From positions 832,001 to 896,000 of the forward strand of contig CBDCRW010000006.1 in the NCBI GenBank assembly GCA_965221125.1: a stretch of DNA of 64,000 nt. Reading direction: 5' to 3'. Position 1 is the first letter of the stretch. Every line of letters begins with the position of its first letter. Positions 1-9,380 of the stretch are shown piece after piece. A program made the position numbers and the translations under genes. Source of the DNA: Alphaproteobacteria bacterium. GTDB taxonomy: Bacteria; Pseudomonadota; Alphaproteobacteria; UBA828. The notes beneath the pieces are model-generated. The model was not told the origin of the DNA. It saw only the letters and a list, made by a program, of their open reading frames with translations, and did not search any database.

Positions 1-408
<408 letters not shown>

Positions 409-1002
409 TCAGGCTTGGCGGTACTCCGCCATGGCGTCGAGCAGCCAGGTGGCGAGGTAGTGGGCGAAGGAGTTGCGCACGGTGATCTCGTAGGCCGGCG
501 CGTCGTCGGTCTGGTGCAGGATCACCTGCGCCCTCGCCAGCGCCGTCTGCACGCAGGTGCCGCCGGAGAACGCGCAGGCGTGCAGGTCGAGGCGGCAGCC
601 CTTCATCAGTACTTCGCGCGCCCGCGGGCCGGAGAGCGCGAGCGTGGCGTACATCGCGCTCACGTCGCCCAGCGCGTGGTGCTTGCTGGCGAGCGAAGTC
701 TGCAACGAATTGGCAAGCGCACCGGCACCCGCAGCCGGCCCGGTCACCAGCCACTCGTCCGGGCCGAGCCAGAGCACGGACCAGCCGTTGACAGTCGTGG
801 CCGCGGTGTTGGGCGCGAGCGGCAACGCGCCACCGAGCGCCGCACCTGCGGCGGTCAGCGCCTCCGCATCCTCGGGATCCAGCCTGAGGTTGAGCCGCGC
901 GCGATCCGCCCGCTCCGCGAGCACGGAATCGCCCGCGCCAGTCTCGGCCAGCGCGTCCGTGAGGCTCGCGAGCGGGCTGCGCGGTGTCGGCGCCTCAGCC
1001 AT
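409..1002 (-). CDS. soxG: Sarcosine oxidase subunit gamma
   Basis: Motifs LWLGPDEWL, DVS...L.LSGP.AREVLMKGC.LDLH and VRNSFAHYL; last gene of soxBDAG. Start reassigned to ATG at 1002 (MAEAPTPRSPL). Confidence 0.9.
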   Translation of the reverse strand: MAEAPTPRSPLASLTDALAETGAGDSVLAERADRARLNLRLDPEDAEALTAAGAALGGALPLAPNTAATTVNGWSVLWLGPDEWLVTGPAAGAGALANSLQTSLASKHHALGDVSAMYATLALSGPRAREVLMKGCRLDLHACAFSGGTCVQTALARAQVILHQTDDAPAYEITVRNSFAHYLATWLLDAMAEYRQA

Positions 1003-4000
1003 CCCGCTTCGCTCCTTCCGGATCGTAGAACACCGGCTCCGTGATCTTGCAGGGGACGAACCCGCTCTCCGGCGCGGCATGGATCGTTTGGCCCTTGCGC
1101 GCGCGGCCGCCCTTCACCAGCGCGAGCGCGATGGAGCGGCCCAGCGCCGGGCTCGCGTAGCTGGAGGTGACGTGGCCGATCATCGGCAGCGGCGGGCGGC
1201 CCGGCCTGTCGACAAGCTGCGTGCCCTCGGGCAGCACGGTGCCGGGGTTCTCGGTGAGGATGCCGACGAGCTGCTTGCGATCCTCTCGGCGCGTGTCCTC
1301 CCGGCTCCAGGCCCGCTTGCCCAGGAAATCCGGCTTCTTCCTGGAAACGATCCAGTCCATGCCGAGGTCGTGGGGCGTGGTGGTGCCGTCGGTCTCCTGG
1401 CCGACGATGATGAAGCCGCGCTCGGCGCGGAGCACGTGCATCGCCTCGGTGCCGTAGGGGGTGATGCCGTGCCCGGCGCCCGCCTCCATCAGCGCCTCCC
1501 ACAGGTGGCGGCCGTGGTGCCAGGGCACGTTGATCTCGAAGCTGAGCTCGCCGGTGAAGCTGATACGGAAGACGCGCGCGTCCACGCCCGCGACGACGCC
1601 CTCCTTCACGCTCATGAAGGGGAAGGACTCGGTATCGAGCGCCATCTCCGGCGCGAGCGCGGCGAGCACCTCGCGGGCCCGGGGCCCGGCCAGCGCCACG
1701 GTCGCCCACTGCTCGGTGACCGAGGTGCAATACACCTTCAGCTCCGGCCACTCGGTCTGCAGCCATTCCTCCAGCCACTCCAGCACCTGGGCCGCGTTGC
1801 CGGTCGTGGTGGTCATCAGGTAGTGCTCGTCGCCGAGCCTTGCGGTGGTGCCGTCGTCGAAGACCATGCCGTCGTCGCCGCACATCAGCCCGTAGCGCAC
1901 CCGGCCCACCTTCAGCGTCGAGAAGGCGTTGGTGTAGACCATGTCGAGCAGGGCGGCGGCGTCCGGCCCCCTGATGTCGATCTTGCCGAGGGTCGAGGCG
2001 TCGAGGATGCCGACCGCGTCCCGCACCGCGCGGCACTCGCGCGCCACTGCGGCGTGCTTGTCCTCGCCCTTACGGGGATACCACCAGGGCCGGTGCCACT
2101 GGCCCACGGGCTCGAACACCGCGCCCGCCGCCTCGTGCCACTCGTGCATGGCGGTGCGGCGCACCGGGTCCATCAGCGGGCCGGTATCGCGGCCTGCGAG
2201 CGCGCCGAAGCTGACCGGCGTATAGGGCGCCCGGTAGGTGGTGAAGCCCACCTCGGGCACGGTCTTGCCCAGCGCGTCCGCCAGGATGGCGAGGCCGTTG
2301 ACGTTCGCCGTCTTGCCCTGGTCGGTGCCCATGCCGACGGTGGTGTAGCGCTTGACGTGCTCGACCGAGCGAAATCCCTCGCGCGCCGCGAGCCGGATGT
2401 CGGCCGCGGTCACGTCGTCCTGGTGGTCGACCATGTGCTTGGCCTTGCCGTGGCCGAGCGGCTTCAGCCCCGGCGCCAGCCAGAAGGGCGTGATGGCACC
2501 GGGCTCGGGCGCCTCGACCGGCGGCGCGGGGGGCGGCGCGCCGTCGCCGAAGCCCGCCGCCTGGGCCGCGCGCGCGCCGGCGGCCGCGCCCTCCGCAACG
2601 CAGGCGGCGAGGCCGAAGCTGCCGCCTGCGGCGCCCGCGACCTCCAGTGCCTGCGTGGCCCGGCCGGGGAGGAAGATGCCGCGCGCCTCCTCGAACGTGA
2701 GCTTGCCCGCCGACTGGCAGAAGAGATGCACCGCCGGGTTCCAGCCGCCGGAGACGAGGACGCTGTCGCAGTAGACGCGATAGCGCTCGCTGGTGAGCCC
2801 GCCGCCCTCGTCGAGTTTCGCGACCGTGACGGAGCTGACCCGCTTCGTCCCGTGCGTGGCGGCGATGACGGAGCCGGTGTGGAGCGGCACGCCCGCCTCC
2901 CTTAGTACCGCCGCCAGCGGCGCCGCAGGCTCGGGCCGGCAATCGACCACGGCGCCGACGTTGCCGCCCGCCTGCACGATGTCGTGAGCCGCCTCGTACG
3001 CCGCGTCGTTGTTGGTGAAGAGCACCGCGCGCCTGCCCGGCAGCGCCGCGTAGTGGTTGACGTAGCGCTGCGCCGCCGAGGCCAGCATGACGCCGGGCCG
3101 GTCGTTGTCGGCGAAAACCAATGGCCGCTCGTGCGCGCCGGTGGCGAGCACCACGCGCCCCGCCTTGATGTTCCAGAGCCGCTGGCGGCTCGTCCCCGCT
3201 GGTGCGCCGGGCCCGAGATGATCGGTGCGGCGCTCGAATGCGGAGAGCGAGTTGTGGTCGTAGTAGCCGAAGAGCGTGGTGCGGGTGAGCACGCGCACCT
3301 CCGGCATGGCGGCAAGACGCTCCACCGCCGCCTCTGCCCAGGCCGCGCCGTCCCTGCCGTCCACCCGGTGGCGGAGGCCGGGCAGCGCACCGCCGAGCGT
3401 CGCCTGCTCGTCCACGAGCAGGACGCGCGCCCCGGCCTCGCCGGCGGCGAGCGCGGCGCAAATCCCCGCCGGGCCGCCGCCCACCACGAGCACGTCGCAG
3501 TGGACGTGCATCTTGTCGTAGCTGTCGGGGTCCGGCGCCTCGGGCGCGCGGCCGAGCCCTGCCATGCGCCGGATCACGGGCTCGTAGAGCGCTTTCCAGA
3601 ACGACGCCGGCCAGAGGAAGGTCTTGTAGTAGAAGCCGGCGGGGAAGAGCGGCGCGAGCTTCCCGGTCCAGGCGGCGAGGTCGCAGTCGGCGCTCGGCCA
3701 GGCGTTGACGCCCGAGGCGGTGAGCCCCTCGTACAGCTCCACCTGCGTCGCGCGCAGGTTGGGCTCGGTGCGCGCGCCGTCGCCGAGCTGCACCAGCGCC
3801 GACGGCTCCTCGGCGCCTGCGGTGAGGATGCCGCGCGGGCGGTGGTACTTGAAGCTCCGGCTGGTGAGGTGGGTGCCGTTCGCGATCAACGCGGAGGCGA
3901 GCGTGTCGCCCGCGCAGCCCTCGTAGCTGCGCCCGTTGAAGGTGAAGCGCAGGCGCTGCGCCCGGTCGATCCGCCCGCCCTGCTCGAGACGAAAGCGCAC
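995..4000 (-). CDS. soxA: Sarcosine oxidase subunit alpha
   Basis: GDTLASAL..NG....RSFKYHRPRG, GGGPAG dinucleotide motif, EHVKRYTT.GMGTDQGK and C-terminal GcvT-like domains. GTG start at 4000 overlaps the soxD stop. Confidence 0.95.
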   Translation of the reverse strand: MRFRLEQGGRIDRAQRLRFTFNGRSYEGCAGDTLASALIANGTHLTSRSFKYHRPRGILTAGAEEPSALVQLGDGARTEPNLRATQVELYEGLTASGVNAWPSADCDLAAWTGKLAPLFPAGFYYKTFLWPASFWKALYEPVIRRMAGLGRAPEAPDPDSYDKMHVHCDVLVVGGGPAGICAALAAGEAGARVLLVDEQATLGGALPGLRHRVDGRDGAAWAEAAVERLAAMPEVRVLTRTTLFGYYDHNSLSAFERRTDHLGPGAPAGTSRQRLWNIKAGRVVLATGAHERPLVFADNDRPGVMLASAAQRYVNHYAALPGRRAVLFTNNDAAYEAAHDIVQAGGNVGAVVDCRPEPAAPLAAVLREAGVPLHTGSVIAATHGTKRVSSVTVAKLDEGGGLTSERYRVYCDSVLVSGGWNPAVHLFCQSAGKLTFEEARGIFLPGRATQALEVAGAAGGSFGLAACVAEGAAAGARAAQAAGFGDGAPPPAPPVEAPEPGAITPFWLAPGLKPLGHGKAKHMVDHQDDVTAADIRLAAREGFRSVEHVKRYTTVGMGTDQGKTANVNGLAILADALGKTVPEVGFTTYRAPYTPVSFGALAGRDTGPLMDPVRRTAMHEWHEAAGAVFEPVGQWHRPWWYPRKGEDKHAAVARECRAVRDAVGILDASTLGKIDIRGPDAAALLDMVYTNAFSTLKVGRVRYGLMCGDDGMVFDDGTTARLGDEHYLMTTTTGNAAQVLEWLEEWLQTEWPELKVYCTSVTEQWATVALAGPRAREVLAALAPEMALDTESFPFMSVKEGVVAGVDARVFRISFTGELSFEINVPWHHGRHLWEALMEAGAGHGITPYGTEAMHVLRAERGFIIVGQETDGTTTPHDLGMDWIVSRKKPDFLGKRAWSREDTRREDRKQLVGILTENPGTVLPEGTQLVDRPGRPPLPMIGHVTSSYASPALGRSIALALVKGGRARKGQTIHAAPESGFVPCKITEPVFYDPEGAKRDG

Positions 4001-4296
4001 TATCCGCCCTCCGCCTCGTCGCCCGGCGTATCGGGCCTTGGCGTGCCCATGGGATAGATCGCGATCACGTCGTTGCTCACGGTGTCGCGCAGCACGTTGA
4101 ACCAGCGCCGGCAGCCCTCCCGGTGCATCCAGCGCTCGGCATGGACGCCCTTGGGGTTGGTGCGCATGAAGAGGTAGTCGGCCCAGCCGGCATCGTCGGT
4201 CGCCGCCGGATCGGGGCGCGCGATGTGGGCCTCGCCGCCGTAGCGGAACTCGGTCTCGGGCCGCGCGCCGCACCAGGGGCAGTCGATCCAGAGCAT
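4000..4296 (-). CDS. soxD: Sarcosine oxidase subunit delta
   Basis: I.CPWCG.RPETEF.YGGEAH...W.H..GCRRWFN..RDTVS Zn-binding pattern; operon position. Confidence 0.95.
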   Translation of the reverse strand: MLWIDCPWCGARPETEFRYGGEAHIARPDPAATDDAGWADYLFMRTNPKGVHAERWMHREGCRRWFNVLRDTVSNDVIAIYPMGTPRPDTPGDEAEGG

Positions 4297-4306
4297 CCGG
4301 TGTCCC

Positions 4307-5557
4307 CTAGTGCGCCACGGCGGCGGCCGCGTGCTCGTCGATCAGCGCGCCGGAGGTGAAGCGGTCCAGCGCGAAGGGCGCGTTGAGCGGGTGCGGCGCG
4401 CCGGTCGCGATGGTGTGCGCCAGCACCCAGCCCGAGCCCGGCGTGGCCTTGAAGCCGCCGGTGCCCCAGCCGCCGTCGATGAAGAGGCCCTCCACCGGGG
4501 TCTTGCCGATGACGGGCGAGGCATCGGGGCAGACGTCCACGATGCCGGCCCAGGAGCGCATCATGCGCACCCGGCTGAAGATCGGGATCAGCTCGACGAT
4601 CGCCCCCATCTGGTCCTCGATGGTGTGCAGCCCGCCCCGCTGGCTGTAGGAGTTGGGCGGATCGAGCCCGGCGCCGATCACGAGCTCGCCCTTGTCCGAC
4701 TGGCTCACGTAGACGTGCACGCCGTTCGACATGATGACGCAGTGGAGCACGGGCTTGAGCGGCTCCGAGACCAGGGCCTGCAGCGGGTGGCTCTCGATCG
4801 GGAGCCGGAAGCCCGCCATCGCGGCCAATACGGAACTATGCCCCGCGACCACGATGCCGACCATGTCGGCCTTGATCGCGCCTTGCGTGGTCTGCACCCC
4901 GGTCACCCGGCCGGCGTCCACGTCGATGCCCGTGACCTCGCAGTTCTGGATGATGTCCACGCCCCGCGCATCCGCCGCCCGCGCATAGCCCCAGGCGACC
5001 GCATCGTGGCGCGCGTTGCCGCCGCGTCTCTGCAACGTGCCGCCCAGGATCGGGTAGCGCGTCTTCGTCGAGGTGTTGAGGATCGGGCAGAACGCCTTGA
5101 CCTCCTCGGTCGACAGCAGCTCGGCGTCGACCGCGTTCAGCCGGTTGGCGTTGACGCGCCGCGTCGCCTCCTGCAGGTCGTGGACGTTGTGGATCAGGTT
5201 CAGCACGCCCCGCTGGCTGAACATCAGGTTGTAGTTGAGCTCCTGCGCCAGCCCCTCCCAGAGCTTCAGCGAATGCTCGTAGAGGGCGGCGCTCTCGTCC
5301 CACAGGTAGTTGGAGCGGATCACGGTGGTGTTGCGCCCGGTGTTGCCGCCGCCGAGCCAGCCCTTCTCCAGCACCGCCACGTTGGTGATGCCGTGGAGGG
5401 AGGCGAGGTAGTAGGCGGTGGCGAGCCCGTGCCCGCCGGCGCCGATGATGACGACGTCGTAGGCCGGCTTCGGCGCGGGGCTCCGCCACTGCTCCGGCCA
5501 GCGCTCGTGATGGCTCAGCGCGTTGCGCGCGAGGCTGAAGATCGAGAACTTCTTCAT
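4307..5557 (-). CDS. soxB: Sarcosine oxidase subunit beta
   Basis: [55 protein letters not shown] and C-terminal [10 protein letters not shown]. Confidence 0.95.
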   Translation of the reverse strand: MKKFSIFSLARNALSHHERWPEQWRSPAPKPAYDVVIIGAGGHGLATAYYLASLHGITNVAVLEKGWLGGGNTGRNTTVIRSNYLWDESAALYEHSLKLWEGLAQELNYNLMFSQRGVLNLIHNVHDLQEATRRVNANRLNAVDAELLSTEEVKAFCPILNTSTKTRYPILGGTLQRRGGNARHDAVAWGYARAADARGVDIIQNCEVTGIDVDAGRVTGVQTTQGAIKADMVGIVVAGHSSVLAAMAGFRLPIESHPLQALVSEPLKPVLHCVIMSNGVHVYVSQSDKGELVIGAGLDPPNSYSQRGGLHTIEDQMGAIVELIPIFSRVRMMRSWAGIVDVCPDASPVIGKTPVEGLFIDGGWGTGGFKATPGSGWVLAHTIATGAPHPLNAPFALDRFTSGALIDEHAAAAVAH

Positions 5558-5748
5558 CTGTGGCTGCCCGAATACAGGAACCGCCCGGCCGTGTCACTCG
5601 CGGGCGGCACGGCAGGCGAATGAGCGAATGCGAGACGGCCGGGCACGCGTCCGCGCGGTGGGATATAGAACGCCGTCCGACCGGATTGAATCGTGTCTGG
5701 TTGCTGCACGGTCACGCTTTCACGTGCTACGCGGCCAGAAAAGAATCC

Positions 5749-5858
5749 CCCACCTCTCCCCAGCCCTCTCCGCCCCCAGGGGCGGAGAGGGAGACTCCGC
5801 CATCGATGTCAGCGTCCCCCCTCCGCCCATTGGGGGGAGGGGGACAGGGGGAGGTGGG
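5749..5858. repeat. Alphaproteobacterial intergenic palindromic element (CIR/RIME/REP-like; two inverted hairpin units)
   Basis: Terminal inverted repeat CCCACCTC (5749-5756) / GAGGTGGG (5851-5858) encloses hairpin CCCTCTCCGCCCC-CA-GGGGCGGAGAGGG (5764-5791) and an inverted related hairpin at about 5816-5843. Confidence 0.7.
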
Positions 5859-5899
5859 AACGCTCGGGCCGCAGCGATCTCGCAAGGTAGGAACTCGCT

Positions 5900-7657
5900 C
5901 TATCCCGCCCTGGCATCCACGCGGATCGTGACGATGTCCGTGTCGTGGTACTGCTGGTGGTGGACCGAGGAGGCGAGGTGGCGCAGCAGCCTGAGCGAGA
6001 CCTCTCGCTCTGGCGCATCGTCACTGCCCTCGCCGATGACCGCGATCCTGTCCTCCAGGTTCTCCTCGCCGGGCGCTGCGATGAACTCCAGCACCGCACC
6101 GCCGGCCTCCTTGTGGGCGGTGAGCAGCAGGCGCCGCTTGCTTCGTGTCTCGCCGGTTTCTTCTTCTTCCTCGTCGTGGCGCAGGAGGGTCAGGATCGCC
6201 TCCTCGGCGGCGGCATCCAGGCGGTGCGCCATCGCCTCGCCCCAGCCGCTGCGGGCGGCGAAAGCCTGCAGGAACTCCCTGATCTTCGGCAGCGACGCAA
6301 TCTCGAACGGCGTCTGGATGCGCCGCCGCCGGGGCGCCGTCAGCTCCATGAAGAGCGTGAGCAGGATCGCGGTCATGCCGCCGGCCGTCATGCCGTTCTC
6401 CAGCAGCCCGCCGGCGATGCCCGAGACATGCTCGGGGAAGATCACGCCGTTCTGGAAGCCGACCCCGATCCAGAAGGAGACGCCGGCGATCAGGCCCTTG
6501 CGGTAGTCGACCCCGTCCTGGACGATGATCCGCATGCCGACCACGAAGAGCAGCCCCAGCAGCACGGTGATGTAGGCCGCCGCGACCGGCCCCGGAATCG
6601 CCAGCACCACGGCGAGCGCCTTGGGAATGAACGCCACGACGACGAATGAGACCCCGAGTGCCACGCCTACGCTGCGCGCGCCGACCCCGGTGAGCGCGGT
6701 GACCGATATGCTCGTCGAGTAGGTCGTGTTCGGCACCGTCCCCATCAGGCCGGAGAAAAGGTTGCCGACGCCGTCGGCGCTCACCGCGCCCTGGACCGCG
6801 CGAAAGTCCACCGCCCGGGGCTTGCGCCAGGAGACGCGCTGGATGGCGACGCCGTCGCCCACCGTCTCGATGGCGCCGACCAGGGTCACGAACACGAAGG
6901 CCGGCAGCAAGCCCCAGAAGACCGGCCCGAAGTCGAGGTCGAAGCCCGGCCATCCGCCTTGCGGCAGGCCGACCCACGATGCTGCGGCGATGCTGCCGAC
7001 GTCGTAGAGGCCGAAGTATCCGGCCACGCCGCAGCCGGCGACGATGCCGATGACCGGCGCCCACAGGCGCAGCACGCCGGTCGCCTTCAACGAGATTCCA
7101 ACGATCGCCAGCGCCGTCACCAGCGCGGAGAGCGGCGCGGCCAGCGTCGGCGTGTCCGCCGGCACCTGGGTCAGCATGCCGAAGACGATGGGCATCACCG
7201 TGACGGGGATCAGCATGATGACCGTGCCGGCCACCGTGGGCGTCAGGATGCGCCGGAGCAGCGAGAGCCGCCACGCGAGCAGGAACTGGAAGAGCGAGGA
7301 GATCACCACCAGCGTGGCCAGCATGGCCGGCCCGCCTTGCGCGATCGCGCCGACGCAGATCGCGATGAAGGCGCCGGACGTGCCCATGACGAGGACGTAG
7401 CCCGCCCCGATGCGCCCGACCCGCACCGCCTGGATGACCGAGGTGATGCCGCTGACCAGGACGGCGCCGAAGACCGCCCACGAGAGGTAGGACGCCTCGC
7501 CGCCCGCGGCGCGGACCACGATCGCAGGCGTCAGCGCGACGCCCGCGATGCAGAGGACGGCAAGCTGTATGCCGAGGCCGCCCGCGAGCAGCGGCGGCGG
7601 TCGCTCGTCGGGCTCGTAGCGAACCCCGCCGGGCCGCTCGGAGCCGCCTGTCGTCAT
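5900..7657 (-). CDS. NCS2/xanthine-uracil permease family protein fused to a C-terminal degenerate RsbW/SpoIIAB-like (HATPase_c_2) domain
   Basis: N-terminal ~440 aa are multi-TM with UraA-family motifs (YEPDERPP, SGITS.IQ, GTSGAFI, TP.VAGTVIMLI, ETVGD, ADG.GN). C-terminal ~140 aa are soluble (SLPKIREFL...A...GW...RL..AAEEA...RH ... SLRLLRHLAS.V). Start chosen at ATG 7657. Confidence 0.8.
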   Translation of the reverse strand: MTTGGSERPGGVRYEPDERPPPLLAGGLGIQLAVLCIAGVALTPAIVVRAAGGEASYLSWAVFGAVLVSGITSVIQAVRVGRIGAGYVLVMGTSGAFIAICVGAIAQGGPAMLATLVVISSLFQFLLAWRLSLLRRILTPTVAGTVIMLIPVTVMPIVFGMLTQVPADTPTLAAPLSALVTALAIVGISLKATGVLRLWAPVIGIVAGCGVAGYFGLYDVGSIAAASWVGLPQGGWPGFDLDFGPVFWGLLPAFVFVTLVGAIETVGDGVAIQRVSWRKPRAVDFRAVQGAVSADGVGNLFSGLMGTVPNTTYSTSISVTALTGVGARSVGVALGVSFVVVAFIPKALAVVLAIPGPVAAAYITVLLGLLFVVGMRIIVQDGVDYRKGLIAGVSFWIGVGFQNGVIFPEHVSGIAGGLLENGMTAGGMTAILLTLFMELTAPRRRRIQTPFEIASLPKIREFLQAFAARSGWGEAMAHRLDAAAEEAILTLLRHDEEEEETGETRSKRRLLLTAHKEAGGAVLEFIAAPGEENLEDRIAVIGEGSDDAPEREVSLRLLRHLASSVHHQQYHDTDIVTIRVDARAG

Positions 7658-7750
7658 GCCGCACCCTCCCTGCCTAGGAGTGCGGGCGGTACTGTGGCAC
7701 ACCGGCGGGCCGCGATTAAGGCCCGTGCTGCGCTCCGTGCTCCCCCGCCG

Positions 7751-8653
7751 TCACACGTCGTACTCGAGGCCGATGTCGCGGTAGCGCTCGGGGTCCTCCA
7801 GCCAGCGCTGGCGCACCTTCACGAAGAGCTTGAGGTCGATCGGGCAGCCCAGGATCTGCGAGAGCTCGGCGCGGGCGGCCGTGCCGATGGCCTTGATCCG
7901 CTGCCCGCCCTTGCCGAGGACCATGCCCTTGTGCGTCTCGCGCTGCACGTAGATCACCTGCTCGACCCTGACCGCGCCGCCGCGGCCGCTGCTCCAGCCT
8001 TCGGTCTCCACCGCGACCGCGTAGGGGAGCTCCTGGCGCAGCTGCAGGAAGAGCTGCTCCCGCGTGATCTCGGCCGCCAGCAGGCGCTCAGAGATGTCGG
8101 TGAGCTGGTCTTCGGGATAGAGCCAGGGGCCGGGCGGCATCCGCGCCTTCAGCACGTCCAGCAGGTCGCCCGTGCCGTCGCCGTCGAGCGCGGACACCAT
8201 GAAGATCTCGGCCGCGAGTCCGGTCTCCTGCACGGCGGCGGCCAGCGGCAGCAGCTTGTGGCGCGGCACCAGGTCGATCTTGTTGAGCGCGACCAGGGTC
8301 TCGCGGCCGGTCTCCCTGAGCCTCTCGACGATCGCCCTGGTCTCGCCTGTCAGCCCACGCTTCGCATCCACCAGCAGCAGGATGGCGTCGGCATCGCTGG
8401 CGCCGCTCCAGGCGGCGTGGACCATGGCACGCTCGAAGCGGTGCTTCGCGGCGAAGATACCGGGCGTGTCGACGAAGACGAGCTGGACCTCGTCGAGCAC
8501 GCGGATGCCGCGCAGGCGGCTCCGCGTGGTCTGGACCTTGGGTGAGACGATCGCGACCTTGGCGCCCACGAGACGGTTGACCAGAGTCGACTTGCCGACG
8601 TTGGGCGCCCCCAGCACGGCGACGAAGCCCGCGCGCGTGCCCGTCTCAGCCAT
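7751..8653 (-). CDS. era: GTPase Era
   Basis: GFVAVLGAPNVGKSTL, VSPKVQTTR, DTPG, NKID and KH-like C-terminus (LGKGGQRIK.IG); follows rnc. Confidence 0.97.
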   Translation of the reverse strand: MAETGTRAGFVAVLGAPNVGKSTLVNRLVGAKVAIVSPKVQTTRSRLRGIRVLDEVQLVFVDTPGIFAAKHRFERAMVHAAWSGASDADAILLLVDAKRGLTGETRAIVERLRETGRETLVALNKIDLVPRHKLLPLAAAVQETGLAAEIFMVSALDGDGTGDLLDVLKARMPPGPWLYPEDQLTDISERLLAAEITREQLFLQLRQELPYAVAVETEGWSSGRGGAVRVEQVIYVQRETHKGMVLGKGGQRIKAIGTAARAELSQILGCPIDLKLFVKVRQRWLEDPERYRDIGLEYDV

Positions 8654-9380
8654 CGCCGCGCGCATCGTCGCCGGCAATCCGCAGGAGAAGCGCAGCGGCG
8701 GCCCCTTGCTCCGCCGCGCGCTTGCTGGCGCCGGTGGCGACCGCGCTTCCGAGCCCGGCGACCTCCGCCTCGACCTCGAAGAGGGGCGCGTGGGCGGGGC
8801 CGCTCGCGGACAGCGTGCGGTAGATGGGCAGCCCGAGCGCCCTGGATTGCGTCCATTCCTGGAGCCGTGTCTTGGCGTCCTGCGGGGGTTCGGGATCGGC
8901 CGCCATCGCCGGGGCCCAGTGGCGGCGGACGAAGCGTTCCGCGGCGTCGAGCCCGCCGTCGATGTAGAGCGCGCCGATCACCGCCTCGCAGGCATCCGCG
9001 AGGTTGGCCGGATTGTCGCGCCCGCCCGCTGCGCCCTCGCCGCGCCCCATGGCGAGCCGCGGGCCGAGCGAGAGCGCGCGCGCCACGTCCGCCAGCGCCT
9101 CGCGGCGGACCAGCGCCGAGTAACGCTGGGAGAGGGCGCCCTCGGCTTCGTTGGGAAACGCCTCGTACAGCATCGCCGCCACGACCATGCCGAGCACGCG
9201 GTCCCCCAGGAACTCCAGGCGCTGGTTGCTGCCGCCCTGCGTGCCCGCGCTCGGGTGGCGAAGGGCGCGGGCAAGCAGCGCCGGGCGGGCGAAGCGGTGG
9301 CCGAGCGCCTCTTCGAGCTCCTCCGCCGCTGCAGTGGCGTCCGCGTCGGCCGGCGGGGCTGCCGCGCCCTCGGGCGCTAG
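8646..9380 (-). CDS. rnc: Ribonuclease III (start codon uncertain; no canonical start)
   Basis: LEEALGHRF, RLEFLGDRVLG, LADACEAVIGALYIDGG and dsRBD (DAKTRLQEW.Q...GPAHAP.F...G.G.SKRAAEQ.AA); lies between lepB and era. Confidence 0.92.
   Translation of the reverse strand, partial: LAPEGAAAPPADADATAAAEELEEALGHRFARPALLARALRHPSAGTQGGSNQRLEFLGDRVLGMVVAAMLYEAFPNEAEGALSQRYSALVRREALADVARALSLGPRLAMGRGEGAAGGRDNPANLADACEAVIGALYIDGGLDAAERFVRRHWAPAMAADPEPPQDAKTRLQEWTQSRALGLPIYRTLSASGPAHAPLFEVEAEVAGLGSAVATGASKRAAEQGAAAALLLRIAGDDARGDG

Noticed and set aside
557-2905. Long antisense/alternate-frame ORFs (e.g. 557-2905+, 8867-11002+, 13716-16550-, 23805-25805+, 50424-52901-, 53303-56083-, 54634-56724+)
   Set aside because: They shadow well-supported genes, are Arg/Ala/Gly/Pro-rich without family motifs, and are expected in very GC-rich DNA where stop codons are scarce.
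5558-5745. Glycine or other riboswitch upstream of soxB
   Set aside because: No recognisable aptamer consensus on the minus strand by eye.
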